NCBI GenBank assembly: GCA_048881705.1
Contig: JBHLSH010000092.1
Coordinates: 1 to 13,064 of the forward strand
Reading direction: 5' to 3'
DNA: 13,064 bases
DNA from: Candidatus Heimdallarchaeota archaeon
GTDB lineage: Archaea; Asgardarchaeota; Heimdallarchaeia; Hodarchaeales; Hodarchaeaceae
A program made the position numbers and the translations under genes. Below, one piece after another: positions 1-8,286 of this stretch. Position 1 is the first letter of the stretch; each line of letters opens with the position of its first letter. The notes below the pieces were generated by a model that was not told the DNA's origin, searched no databases, and saw only the letters and a program-made list of their open reading frames with translations.

Positions 1-348
1 GGCTAAATGATCATCTGAATGCTTATCATAGCCAAGGTCTGATAAAGAATCCAAATACTCTGGGCTAACGTACTTCAATGCTAATTTCTTGAGCTCCTTG
101 TACGAAACAGAGCCATTAAATGATTGCAGCTCCTCTAAAAACCCAGAAGATACATTTGGAAGAATTCGCGCTATGATTTTGTCCAATTCGCGAGAGGGAA
201 TTATTCCGGGAACATACAGGCCTGTATCACTATAGAAAAACCTTTTCGGCTTTTCTTTGTCGATTTCTCTGAGTAATTTCTCCCCTTTTTCAGGAGACAG
301 TTCTCCTGTTGCAATTCGGTTTAGAATATCGATTCGTTTTTCACTCAA
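1..348 (-). CDS. Partial hypothetical protein running off the left edge; SHOCT-like N-terminal helical hairpin followed by a probable helical repeat unit
   Basis: My translation of the minus strand is open from 405 to the window edge. The probable start is TTG at 348-346, 7 nt after GAGGT: MSEKRIDILNRIATGELSPEKGEKLLREIDKEKPKRFFYSDTGLYVPGIIPSRELDKIIARILPNVSSGFLEELQSFNGSVSYKELKKLALKYVSPEYLDSLSDLGYDKHSDDHLA... The N-terminus fits the 'R..IL..I..G.IS.EEG.KLL..I' SHOCT-like pattern from recall. It is absent from the ORF track because there is no stop in the window. Confidence 0.75.
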   Translation of the reverse strand, partial: MSEKRIDILNRIATGELSPEKGEKLLREIDKEKPKRFFYSDTGLYVPGIIPSRELDKIIARILPNVSSGFLEELQSFNGSVSYKELKKLALKYVSPEYLDSLSDLGYDKHSDDHLA

Positions 349-964
349 TCTAATAACCTCGTTATTTTTCTTGAATAGCGTTCTGTCAAAGAAGTACGGC
401 TGCCTTCAGTTACGATCACCAAGTGTTTCATGTATCAGAGGTGTGAATACTTGAAACATTGATTAATCAAGTAGAACACTAAACTAAGTGAAATTTAAGA
501 TGTTTTTTTATAAACGATTCTGTTCTGCCAAATTCCAGTTGATCAACTCATCAACCTTTTTCTTATGTTAGGCTTATATCGTTCAGACACCAATTTAGAC
601 CCTCCGATGACGGCATGAAGGAGACGATTGAGAAATTGGTTCCAATGGATGGTACCGATACTACCTGTACAACAAGATATTCCCAAAATGCGAAAGACAA
701 TATACATGTCGCCTCAAAGGTGATCTCCACACTCCTGGTGAAATTGGGACACGAGTGGAGCTCTTTACTTCTTCGGAATAGGATTCGGTTTAAAGGAACC
801 TCGAGATAGAATACTGTTCTAATTCAGAACTATCGGTGTTTCTCCATTGTCTCCTGCTTGGAGTCTTGTAATATATCAAAGATGATGGAAACGTATCATT
901 GGTAGAAACTCTAGAATGCCTCAATCGGCACAAGGGCTTATTGGTCTCGAAATATAACCTTTTC

Positions 965-1897
965 CTAGGTTTTCTTATTAGCTCCAATCGTGACCACGAC
1001 ATTTCCCTTCTTTCTGCCAGTTTCAACATATCGATGAGCTTCGACGATCTGGTCCATTGAATAACGTCTATCGATGATTGCTTTAAGTTTTCCCGCTTCT
1101 ATGAGGTCCTTAAGCTCTTTGAGTAGAACAATCTTATCCTTGCCTTTTATTTTATCAGAAGCTTTATCAACGTTTAGATAAATCCCTGTTTCTTTTAGAG
1201 CTTTCTTATAGTCTCCTTTATATAGGTCTACAGCGTCAAAAATAACATCATAGGTTTCACCTAATTCTGCAAAATCTTTGGTTTTATAATCAATCACCTT
1301 ATCCGCCCCCAATAATGTAACAAATTCTAAGTTCGAGGTACTACATACACCGGTCACTTCTGCCCCCAATGATTTCGCAAGCTGCACAGCAAACGTCCCG
1401 ACGCTACCTGAAGCCCCATAGATCAGTATTTTCTGTCCACCTTGAATATTTGCCATTTTAATGATGCCTAGCGTGGTGATTCCACCAGATGGAACGACAG
1501 CAGCTTCCTCGAAGGTCATATTGGATGGTTTGGAAACCACCAGCCCGTCCTCCGGCATGCATACGTACTCCGCATACGATGAGTACTTCCAATCAGTGGA
1601 TGCAAAAACCAGATCACCTTTCTTAAATCGTGTAACATTTGTACCCACGGCCTCAATCTCCCCAGAGAGTTCCATTCCTAATACCACTCTCTTAGGTTTT
1701 CTAATCCCCAAAATCAATCGCGCAGGGATCCGCATCATTACAGGAACGTCAAATCCTCTCATTCTGACATCTCCCCTATGAACGGTTGTTGCATGAATTT
1801 TGATGAGGATCTCATTATCTTTGGGAACAGGCCTGGGTACCACGTGAATTTCAAGAACCTCAGGCGGGCCGTATTTTGTGCAGATGATCGCTTTCAT
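965..1897 (-). CDS. NAD(P)-dependent medium-chain dehydrogenase/reductase (quinone oxidoreductase-like, zinc-independent MDR group)
   Basis: [15 protein letters not shown] start, GroES-like domain ([13 protein letters not shown]...[19 protein letters not shown]), Rossmann motif [11 protein letters not shown], and C-terminal [16 protein letters not shown]. Catalytic and structural Zn Cys ligands are not evident. ATG 1897 follows AGGGG; the alternative start is 1915 (ORF track). Confidence 0.92.
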   Translation of the reverse strand: MKAIICTKYGPPEVLEIHVVPRPVPKDNEILIKIHATTVHRGDVRMRGFDVPVMMRIPARLILGIRKPKRVVLGMELSGEIEAVGTNVTRFKKGDLVFASTDWKYSSYAEYVCMPEDGLVVSKPSNMTFEEAAVVPSGGITTLGIIKMANIQGGQKILIYGASGSVGTFAVQLAKSLGAEVTGVCSTSNLEFVTLLGADKVIDYKTKDFAELGETYDVIFDAVDLYKGDYKKALKETGIYLNVDKASDKIKGKDKIVLLKELKDLIEAGKLKAIIDRRYSMDQIVEAHRYVETGRKKGNVVVTIGANKKT

Positions 1898-2050
1898 TTT
1901 GCCCCTATTTTCCATATTTTTTACCCTAGAATTATTTTCAATTCAATGTTCAAATTATCAGCCTTTATCTAGTTTTCCACAGTAGCCATTTCGGTGTTTT
2001 TGGCTAATGCTGGTTAAATTAGGTAATGAAAGCCATTAAGGAGTCGTTTA

Positions 2051-3973
2051 TTAAAGTAAAATATAGAATATCGCAAGTAGGGCTGGAATAATCATGGATA
2101 CCATAGGCCCATATTTTACCAAGTTGGCAAACGCGTATGTTCTTCTGGACTCAGTGAGCCTGTCCTTTGTATATTTAATGTCGTTGTAATTGTCATCTTT
2201 GCAATAATAGAGAAAAACCTTTCTAACCTTTTCCATGTGTTTGATTTCTTCTTTAGTGGTCATAACTTCATATAAAATACCTCGGGCCCGCCGAATTACT
2301 AGGAAGAATGAAACAAACGAAGAAACAATTAGTAGTACGAATGTAGCAGACGAAAAATCGAAACTGAACTTTCGCTGAATAGATTCCAAAAAATATCCAG
2401 TTGAGGTCGGAGTTCCGTTCGTGGAAGTGAATGGATCCTGATATTCCTCATCAGGTAGGCTCCCAATCCAGTTGAAGAAAATCATCAATAAAGAAAAAAC
2501 GAGAAATGGGTTTAGGATTGCTCCAAGATCCATAAAAAACCTAATCAACGGTTCTAACCATGTTAAAGTGTCAAAAATCGGAATAAAAAGAGATTGGATT
2601 GCTCTGATTAAATCATTAATAAAAGCAGTAAGTTCTGGCGGAATTAGCGCCAAAAGGTCTGGAAAAACAATATCAAAGAACCACGGAAAAGTAATTGGGG
2701 CCGTAAAAGCAATTGACAAACCGAACGTTTGGAAAAAGGTCCGTAACAGAAAAAACGGAAATCTCTTCGAAAATGGTTTTTCTTTCACATAGAGATAGGT
2801 TTTATCATCGTCGCTTTCTATTTCAGCTTCTACCAGTTCCTTTCCGACTTTATCTGCATCATTCTGACTCCATTCGAGCCCTCTCTTATAATTTGAACTG
2901 GGGTTAAAAAACGCAAGTTTGGCAAGCTGGAGTTGATAACCAGTATAAGGTTCTCCGTAACCCTGCCTTTTCTTTAATTTTTCCTCCCATATTTCCGCAT
3001 ATGATACCCATGGGCTAGGTACTCGTACAGCGATATGATTAGGTTTTGTGATAAATGTTTCGGGCAGATATCCTAATGTCTCTCCATCAACCTGGTAAAG
3101 ACATTTCCTATTAGAAGAATTTACATGTACAGATTTCCCCTCAAACGTATCAACGCTCTTATGCCTGAGGTGAGTCCCATCATAAACCAAGGAAAAGAAC
3201 CTTAGAAGGGTAATTCGACTAATTTTCCTTACCGTGGTCAGCGCGAATCTGCCATCGGTGACTTCTGCGTCAGGACAAATGTGCATTCCCCCTCCATACC
3301 GCTTTCCATTACCGATAGCCAGCAACATCCTGCCACCCTCGATCTTTTGGTCTCCATCTATCTGAATAACCAAATTATAGGGCCTAAACTTTGCCAGAGT
3401 CAATCCAAGAGCGATTTGATAGCTTCTCGTACCTAACCTTTTTGATCCTCTATTTGTTCTATCTGCTACTTCTGCATCGAATCCCATTGAAGCTACGCCA
3501 GCGAAGTATCGATCTGCGCTTTCACAGTATCCTAAATCAAATGTTTTTTCCTCACCGTTTACTAGACACTCTACAGCGGCTTCCAAATCCCCTTCTGGAA
3601 TTCCAAAGGTCACTGGCACATCGTCTCCGGTCCCGACAGGCAAGGCAGCAAAAATCCCTGGCCGGTCAGCCTGTAAAATGCCATTGATCACCTCATTGGC
3701 TGTTCCATCCCCTCCGACAGAGCAAATAATCTGATATCCCTCATTGACGCGGCTTCTTGCGATATCAATGGCATGTAGCGGTGATTTTGTAAACTCAAAC
3801 TCATAATCCAGATCGGCCCTGTCCATTAATGGCTTAAGTTCATCATTCCAAATCGTTTCAACCCTTCCTCCGGCCGCAACAGGATTGATAACTAGAAATA
3901 CCTCCCTTTTTTTTAAGTTCGGGGTTTCACAACCCTGTGTACCTATATCAGAAGGCGAAGAATCAGGAACCAT
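2051..3973 (-). CDS. Diacylglycerol kinase family lipid kinase (YegS/Rv2252/BmrU type) fused to a C-terminal multi-pass membrane domain of unknown family
   Basis: Residues about 22-318 carry DAGK motifs INPVAAGG, VGGDGTANEVING, PVGTGDD, SMGFDAEV, NGKRYGGG and QVDGE. Residues about 405-640 contain several long hydrophobic segments and end in YGPMVSMIIPALLAIFYILL, followed by tandem TAA TAA. Confidence 0.88.
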   Translation of the reverse strand: MVPDSSPSDIGTQGCETPNLKKREVFLVINPVAAGGRVETIWNDELKPLMDRADLDYEFEFTKSPLHAIDIARSRVNEGYQIICSVGGDGTANEVINGILQADRPGIFAALPVGTGDDVPVTFGIPEGDLEAAVECLVNGEEKTFDLGYCESADRYFAGVASMGFDAEVADRTNRGSKRLGTRSYQIALGLTLAKFRPYNLVIQIDGDQKIEGGRMLLAIGNGKRYGGGMHICPDAEVTDGRFALTTVRKISRITLLRFFSLVYDGTHLRHKSVDTFEGKSVHVNSSNRKCLYQVDGETLGYLPETFITKPNHIAVRVPSPWVSYAEIWEEKLKKRQGYGEPYTGYQLQLAKLAFFNPSSNYKRGLEWSQNDADKVGKELVEAEIESDDDKTYLYVKEKPFSKRFPFFLLRTFFQTFGLSIAFTAPITFPWFFDIVFPDLLALIPPELTAFINDLIRAIQSLFIPIFDTLTWLEPLIRFFMDLGAILNPFLVFSLLMIFFNWIGSLPDEEYQDPFTSTNGTPTSTGYFLESIQRKFSFDFSSATFVLLIVSSFVSFFLVIRRARGILYEVMTTKEEIKHMEKVRKVFLYYCKDDNYNDIKYTKDRLTESRRTYAFANLVKYGPMVSMIIPALLAIFYILL

Positions 3974-4124
3974 GCTCCATCAGTTCAGAGAGGGATGAAA
4001 GTGACCTTTTAAAATGTCTAACTCTCTACTCCCCATTCTCCGTACGGGGCCAGCATTCAATTTCGAATATAGGTTCGCTATGGGCATGCTAAAAAACATT
4101 GGAAATTCATAAGTCCCCGATCTT

Positions 4125-4898
4125 ATGGAACCATATGCGATATTTACTGAGAATTTAACCAAGATATATAATGAGGGGAGGAAAAACCAAGTACAAGCAC
4201 TTAAGGACTTGAACTTAAGAATCCTGCCAGGGGAGATTTACGGTTTATTGGGAGAAAATGGTGCGGGAAAGACGACAACCGTACGAATACTCACGACAAT
4301 GATCAAAGCGACCTCTGGAATTGGAAAGATCTTTGGAAAGGATGTTATAACTGAATCCAATCAAGTGAGGCAACTAGTCGGATGCCTGCCACAAGATGCA
4401 GGTGTTTATGAGGAATTTAATGCTATTGAAAATCTCCGATTTATAGGCCGACTAAGGGGAATAAATGAGACTGAATTGGAAGACCAAATCAATGAATCAT
4501 TGACCTTGATTGGGCTAACAGATCGCAAAACGGACAGAGCTGAAACTTATTCAAGTGGGATGAAGAGAAGATTAATGATAGCTCGGGCAATCTTAGGAAA
4601 TCCTAAGATCCTTTTTTTAGATGAACCCACTGCTGGCATCGATGTTTTGGTATCACGACGAATCCGAGAATTGATCAGAAACCTTTCCAAAAAAGAGAAT
4701 ATAACTGTGCTGCTCTCTACTCATGATATGATCAGTGCGGAACGATTATGTAATCGAGTGGGAATTCTTCACAATGGAAGCTTGATCGCTGAAGAATCAC
4801 CTGGGAAAATCATTAGAAAGTATGCAGAGGAGAGAACGGATTTGGAAGATGCGGTGGTGAATCTGATTGGTTGGACAGGGGACCAGGAGGAGGACTGA
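4125..4898 (+). CDS. ABC transporter ATP-binding protein (ABC-2 exporter type, NatA/DrrA-like)
   Basis: Walker A GENGAGKTT, Q-loop LPQD, signature YSSGMKRR, Walker B ILFLDEP and H-switch STHD. Confidence 0.96.
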   Translation: MEPYAIFTENLTKIYNEGRKNQVQALKDLNLRILPGEIYGLLGENGAGKTTTVRILTTMIKATSGIGKIFGKDVITESNQVRQLVGCLPQDAGVYEEFNAIENLRFIGRLRGINETELEDQINESLTLIGLTDRKTDRAETYSSGMKRRLMIARAILGNPKILFLDEPTAGIDVLVSRRIRELIRNLSKKENITVLLSTHDMISAERLCNRVGILHNGSLIAEESPGKIIRKYAEERTDLEDAVVNLIGWTGDQEED

Positions 4899-4902
4899 GA
4901 TG
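4881..4902 (+). promoter_or_regulatory. Shine-Dalgarno site and translational-coupling junction for the permease
   Basis: GGAGGAGGA lies inside the last codons of the ATPase gene. It is followed by TGA (4896-4898), one base, and ATG at 4900. Confidence 0.6.
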
Positions 4903-6204
4903 ACAAAACCTGCTTTGATTATTACCAGGAAGGAAATCAAACTTCTATTTAAGTCACCACGACGGATATTCCTCCTCTTCGCTACACCTTTAGTTTTTCT
5001 ACTCATTTTTGGAATCTCCTTTTTCCTCGCGATGTCACAAGCTCCGCCCCTTGTGGAACCTGACGCGTTTGTAGAAGTAATCATAATACAAGCTGATCCT
5101 GGATATAACGAATCAAAATGGGGAGATCACTTTTACAGTCTTTTGAAGGAAAACGATTCAAGGCAGAACTTGAAATTTGTTAACAAAAGTGTAACGGACT
5201 TAGACAGTCTATTAACAACCAGTAATTTCTCCATTTTATTATATATTCCATCTAATCTCAGTGAGCTTATTAGTAAAGACCTTCCCGCTCAATGTTTTCT
5301 ATACTATGATAATTCCAATCCTAACACCGAAACTGCAGTTTCTAGGATAATTAATGTCGCTGCTTCTCTAAATCAGGAATTGCTGCACTTAGAATACGGA
5401 AACCCCTTAAATCTAAACAGGTTTTTCATCCTTCCAGAAGGAACTTCCGAAGCGGAGGGCCCACAGGTACAAATCGCATCCTTTCTGACGCTCATCCCCC
5501 TGTACGCAATGTTCTTATTCGTTTTTCCGCCTTTAGGTTTGGTCTTGATATCGGTAACAATGGAACGGGAACAGAAGACGCTAGAAAGCTTGATCCTTCA
5601 ACCAGTAAGACGCAAAACGATAATAACAGGAAAGATCTTTTACGGTGTTATCCTTGTCTTATTCAACACTTTCTTATTCGTATTGTCATTCCTGCTTATT
5701 ATCATCGGTATTTACCAAATTATACCCGAGTACATAAAAAGAGAATTACCTCTGATGATAGAGAATCTAATCGCGTCAATAGACCTTTCTGTCTGGCTAT
5801 TTTTATTCTATATATTGATAGGCGTTATATTAATTTCTGTTCTATTTATTACCGGTGCTGTATTACTTAGTTTAATGGCGAAAGACGAGCGAGAAGCCAA
5901 CATGGTAATGTCAATGATTTTCTTAATTCCATTTTTCGCGATTATGTTCCTTGTATTTTTGCCTCTGAATGATCTTCCGGATTTCATTCAGATGGCAGTC
6001 GGAGCCATTCCAGTTCTAGGATACTTCTATACCATCCATACGATTCTTAGGGGAGGAGTATTGGAGATATGGGCTTGGATCATCTTGGCCGTTCAAGGTG
6101 TCTGGATAGCGATAACCGTTTGGTTTACCGGGAGAATGATAGAAAGTGAGGGAATTCTAGAAATATCTTTCAAGAAGATTCTTCGACTTCGACGCGGCGG
6201 TTAG
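4900..6204 (+). CDS. ABC-2 type exporter permease (NatB-like) with a large extracytoplasmic loop
   Basis: TRKEIKLLFKSPRR followed by TM1, a soluble loop of about 170 aa, the conserved MEREQKTLESLILQPVRRKTIITGK motif and about 5 further TM segments. It sits directly after the ATPase. I prefer ATG 4900 over the track start 4867 because of the SD and coupling. Confidence 0.92.
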   Translation: MTKPALIITRKEIKLLFKSPRRIFLLFATPLVFLLIFGISFFLAMSQAPPLVEPDAFVEVIIIQADPGYNESKWGDHFYSLLKENDSRQNLKFVNKSVTDLDSLLTTSNFSILLYIPSNLSELISKDLPAQCFLYYDNSNPNTETAVSRIINVAASLNQELLHLEYGNPLNLNRFFILPEGTSEAEGPQVQIASFLTLIPLYAMFLFVFPPLGLVLISVTMEREQKTLESLILQPVRRKTIITGKIFYGVILVLFNTFLFVLSFLLIIIGIYQIIPEYIKRELPLMIENLIASIDLSVWLFLFYILIGVILISVLFITGAVLLSLMAKDEREANMVMSMIFLIPFFAIMFLVFLPLNDLPDFIQMAVGAIPVLGYFYTIHTILRGGVLEIWAWIILAVQGVWIAITVWFTGRMIESEGILEISFKKILRLRRGG

Positions 6205-6316
6205 CCTATCGTTCCCTCTATATATAGATCAAGAAGGACACCTGCAAGTTTCATTCTTGACAAGAACATTGACGCTCCGGGTTAACGCTTTAAACGATCC
6301 TTGAACTGATCTTCGG

Positions 6317-6347
6317 AAAAAGGAGGAAAAATGGGCTATTTGGAAAA
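6317..6347 (-). terminator. Possible oligo-T (archaeal-type) terminator after the peptidase gene
   Basis: The minus strand reads TTTTCCAAATAGCCCATTTTTCCTCCTTTTT directly after the TGA. Assigned from composition and position only. Confidence 0.35.
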
Positions 6348-8168
6348 TCATTCAACGATCCTCTTGCAGAATTGGATGGATCGAGCTATCGACCGAACAA
6401 GATATCCTTTGGGAATATTGGCATGCCCCATCATAGGACGAACATGGAATTCTACATCATCACCACGCTCAATGAGCTTTTGAGCAAAATCCCAGACGGG
6501 TTTCAGGGGAGTTCGGGTGTCATTGGCAAATTGAACAATGCCAAGCGGAACTTGGACGTTTTTCCAATCTTGAACAGGAGAAGATTCTTTCAGGAAGGGA
6601 CGACTTTCATCATTTTCCATGGAACCGAAGAGAAGAACCACAAACTGGCGAAACACTTCATCAGGAGCGTAATCATACATATATTCCCAGTCAGAAATGG
6701 CAGCTTCCGCCCATCCCCCAGCAAATTTAAAAATGTCAGGTTTAGTGAGGGCACGAAGAGTCATATAGCCTCCATAAGATCCTCCGTATATAATTACCTT
6801 GTTTGGATCAACTCCGTGTTTCTTAACGATGTGATCTACTCCAGTAGTTATATCTAATAAATCAGCCTTACCAATCTCTCGATAATTGGCCATTTGAAAT
6901 GACTCCCCGTAACCCGTAGAACCGCGAAAATTAGGGAGGAATACTACAAATCCCTCCTGGGTTAAGATTTGGAAGGTTCCAACAAATGTATCTTCGGATT
7001 GGCCCATGGGGCCACCATGGACATATACGATTGCTGGGTACCCCTCGGGTGGAGGGGGATTAGATGGAACCAAGACAAAGCCATGGATTCTCATACCATC
7101 GGCAGATTCCCAATGTTCACTAATGGATTCCACTAGAGGAAAATCCTCTGTTCCAACTTTCGGAGAGCGTTTCTTAGTTAATTGAGTAACTTCATGCGAT
7201 TCTAAATCAAATTTCCACAGATTCATTCGGGTGGTTGCATCAGAATGGATAAAGAAGATGGATTCCTTATTTTCAAAAAGCTGAACCTTGTATAGTTTAT
7301 TCAATCCTTTGCGCAGCGGAAGTGCCTTCAGCTCTTGTGATGGGATGTGTAAAGAGTAGATTTGATCCCGTCCGTCTTTGGTTACTCCGAAATAAAGATT
7401 TTCTCCATTCAAACTCCAACGAACCGTCTCGATTTCGCCTTCCGGAGTAGGCAACGAGGTTACCTCTCCAGAATCCGCGTTAAACAATTTTAATTTGATG
7501 CCTTCTTCCGATAGAAACGGAAATATGGGATCTTGAGGGTGCCAGGAACCATTGAAGGTGTAAGAATTCGCTATTGGAACCTTATGTAATAAAATTCCCG
7601 AGTCAGGATCAATAACGAACTCTTGAAACTTATTTTCTGCGGACAAAACCGCTGTGAACTTTATATATCTAGAGGGCTTCCATTGGCCTATCCAAGGAAT
7701 TTCTTTTCCTTCCCAAACAATTTTTTCATGTGAGGCGGGTTCATTGGATAGAACTATCACCTTATTTCCTGTTTCTTGAGAAATGCACCAAGTTAGCTTA
7801 TCTCCCTCTCGATTCCAGTCGACAAAGCCATGACGGCCCTCGCTTTTGCTGATTTTATCGAGAGGCGGTAGTTCTTCTGAAAAAGAGGTAGGAATTCGGT
7901 AAAGCGAACTTAATTCCTTTCCTGTATAATCGATTGGGATTGCAACCCAGGAGCCATCAGGGGAAAATTTCGCGTCGATTGTAAATGCATTTTCAGGTAG
8001 AATGGGTTTATGAGCGTTAGGATCCTTCTCCAAACTGGTCAGGTGAAGAATGGAGGCATTGCTAGGAGTAAGGAAGTTTCCCACAGCGAGGTTGTTCTTC
8101 TGACTTATATCACTAGGAATATAGGGTTGAGTTTCTAGAATGAGTTTGATTCGATCGAATAAATCCAT
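6348..8168 (-). CDS. S9 family serine peptidase, acylaminoacyl-peptidase (acylamino-acid-releasing enzyme) type
   Basis: N-terminal beta-propeller repeats (AKFSPDGSW, FVDWNREGD, GSWHPQD, VRWSLNGE), oxyanion motif VHGGP, NFRGSTGYGESF, nucleophile GGSYGGY, catalytic Asp in ANDTRTPLKP and His in MGHA. ATG 8168 is preceded by GGTG; the track uses GTG 8192. Confidence 0.93.
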   Translation of the reverse strand: MDLFDRIKLILETQPYIPSDISQKNNLAVGNFLTPSNASILHLTSLEKDPNAHKPILPENAFTIDAKFSPDGSWVAIPIDYTGKELSSLYRIPTSFSEELPPLDKISKSEGRHGFVDWNREGDKLTWCISQETGNKVIVLSNEPASHEKIVWEGKEIPWIGQWKPSRYIKFTAVLSAENKFQEFVIDPDSGILLHKVPIANSYTFNGSWHPQDPIFPFLSEEGIKLKLFNADSGEVTSLPTPEGEIETVRWSLNGENLYFGVTKDGRDQIYSLHIPSQELKALPLRKGLNKLYKVQLFENKESIFFIHSDATTRMNLWKFDLESHEVTQLTKKRSPKVGTEDFPLVESISEHWESADGMRIHGFVLVPSNPPPPEGYPAIVYVHGGPMGQSEDTFVGTFQILTQEGFVVFLPNFRGSTGYGESFQMANYREIGKADLLDITTGVDHIVKKHGVDPNKVIIYGGSYGGYMTLRALTKPDIFKFAGGWAEAAISDWEYMYDYAPDEVFRQFVVLLFGSMENDESRPFLKESSPVQDWKNVQVPLGIVQFANDTRTPLKPVWDFAQKLIERGDDVEFHVRPMMGHANIPKGYLVRSIARSIQFCKRIVE

Positions 8169-8286
8169 GATAACACCAAGAGCTTCTTCCACGGTTAATT
8201 ATCCTTCACTTTTTTGATTATGGCAATTCCTGAAATTATAATGAACTCCTTCAGCTATGTAATGGAACTCCTGACGCAAGGCGTGG

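Noticed and set aside
257-454. 65-aa plus-strand ORF
   Set aside because: Antisense shadow of the minus-strand gene at 1-348, with a non-ATG start and no recognisable motif.
346-459. Possible recoded TGA (selenocysteine or readthrough): ATG 459 opens MFQVFTPLIHETLGDRN, then TGA at 408-406, in frame with the first gene
   Set aside because: A TTG start with a good SD lies just downstream and coincides with the start of the SHOCT-like domain. The TGA is in no redox or Cys-type motif, and I see no SECIS-like hairpin.
790-1029. 79-aa minus-strand ORF
   Set aside because: Overlaps the 3' end of the MDR gene in another frame, with no family features or start signals.
1461-1972. Plus-strand ORFs 1461-1781 and 1778-1972
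   Set aside because: Antisense to the well-supported MDR gene.
2472-3687. Plus-strand ORFs 2472-2792, 2713-2907 and 3391-3687
   Set aside because: Antisense shadows of the lipid-kinase fusion gene. The Lys/Asn/Ile-rich composition of 2472-2792 mirrors the Phe/Leu-rich sense strand.
3980-4162. 60-aa minus-strand ORF in the divergent spacer
   Set aside because: Overlaps the ABC ATPase start, spans the presumed promoter region and has no motif.
4797-5084. 95-aa minus-strand ORF
   Set aside because: Antisense to the ABC ATPase/permease junction.
6217-6266. Short palindromes TCTATATATAGA and TTCTTG-A-CAAGAA in the convergent intergenic gap
   Set aside because: Short, low-complexity or AT-rich and expected by chance. 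At most they are weak terminator elements; they show no repeat-spacer periodicity, so not CRISPR.
6372-6857. 161-aa plus-strand ORF
   Set aside because: Entirely antisense to the catalytic domain of the S9 peptidase, with no recognisable domain.
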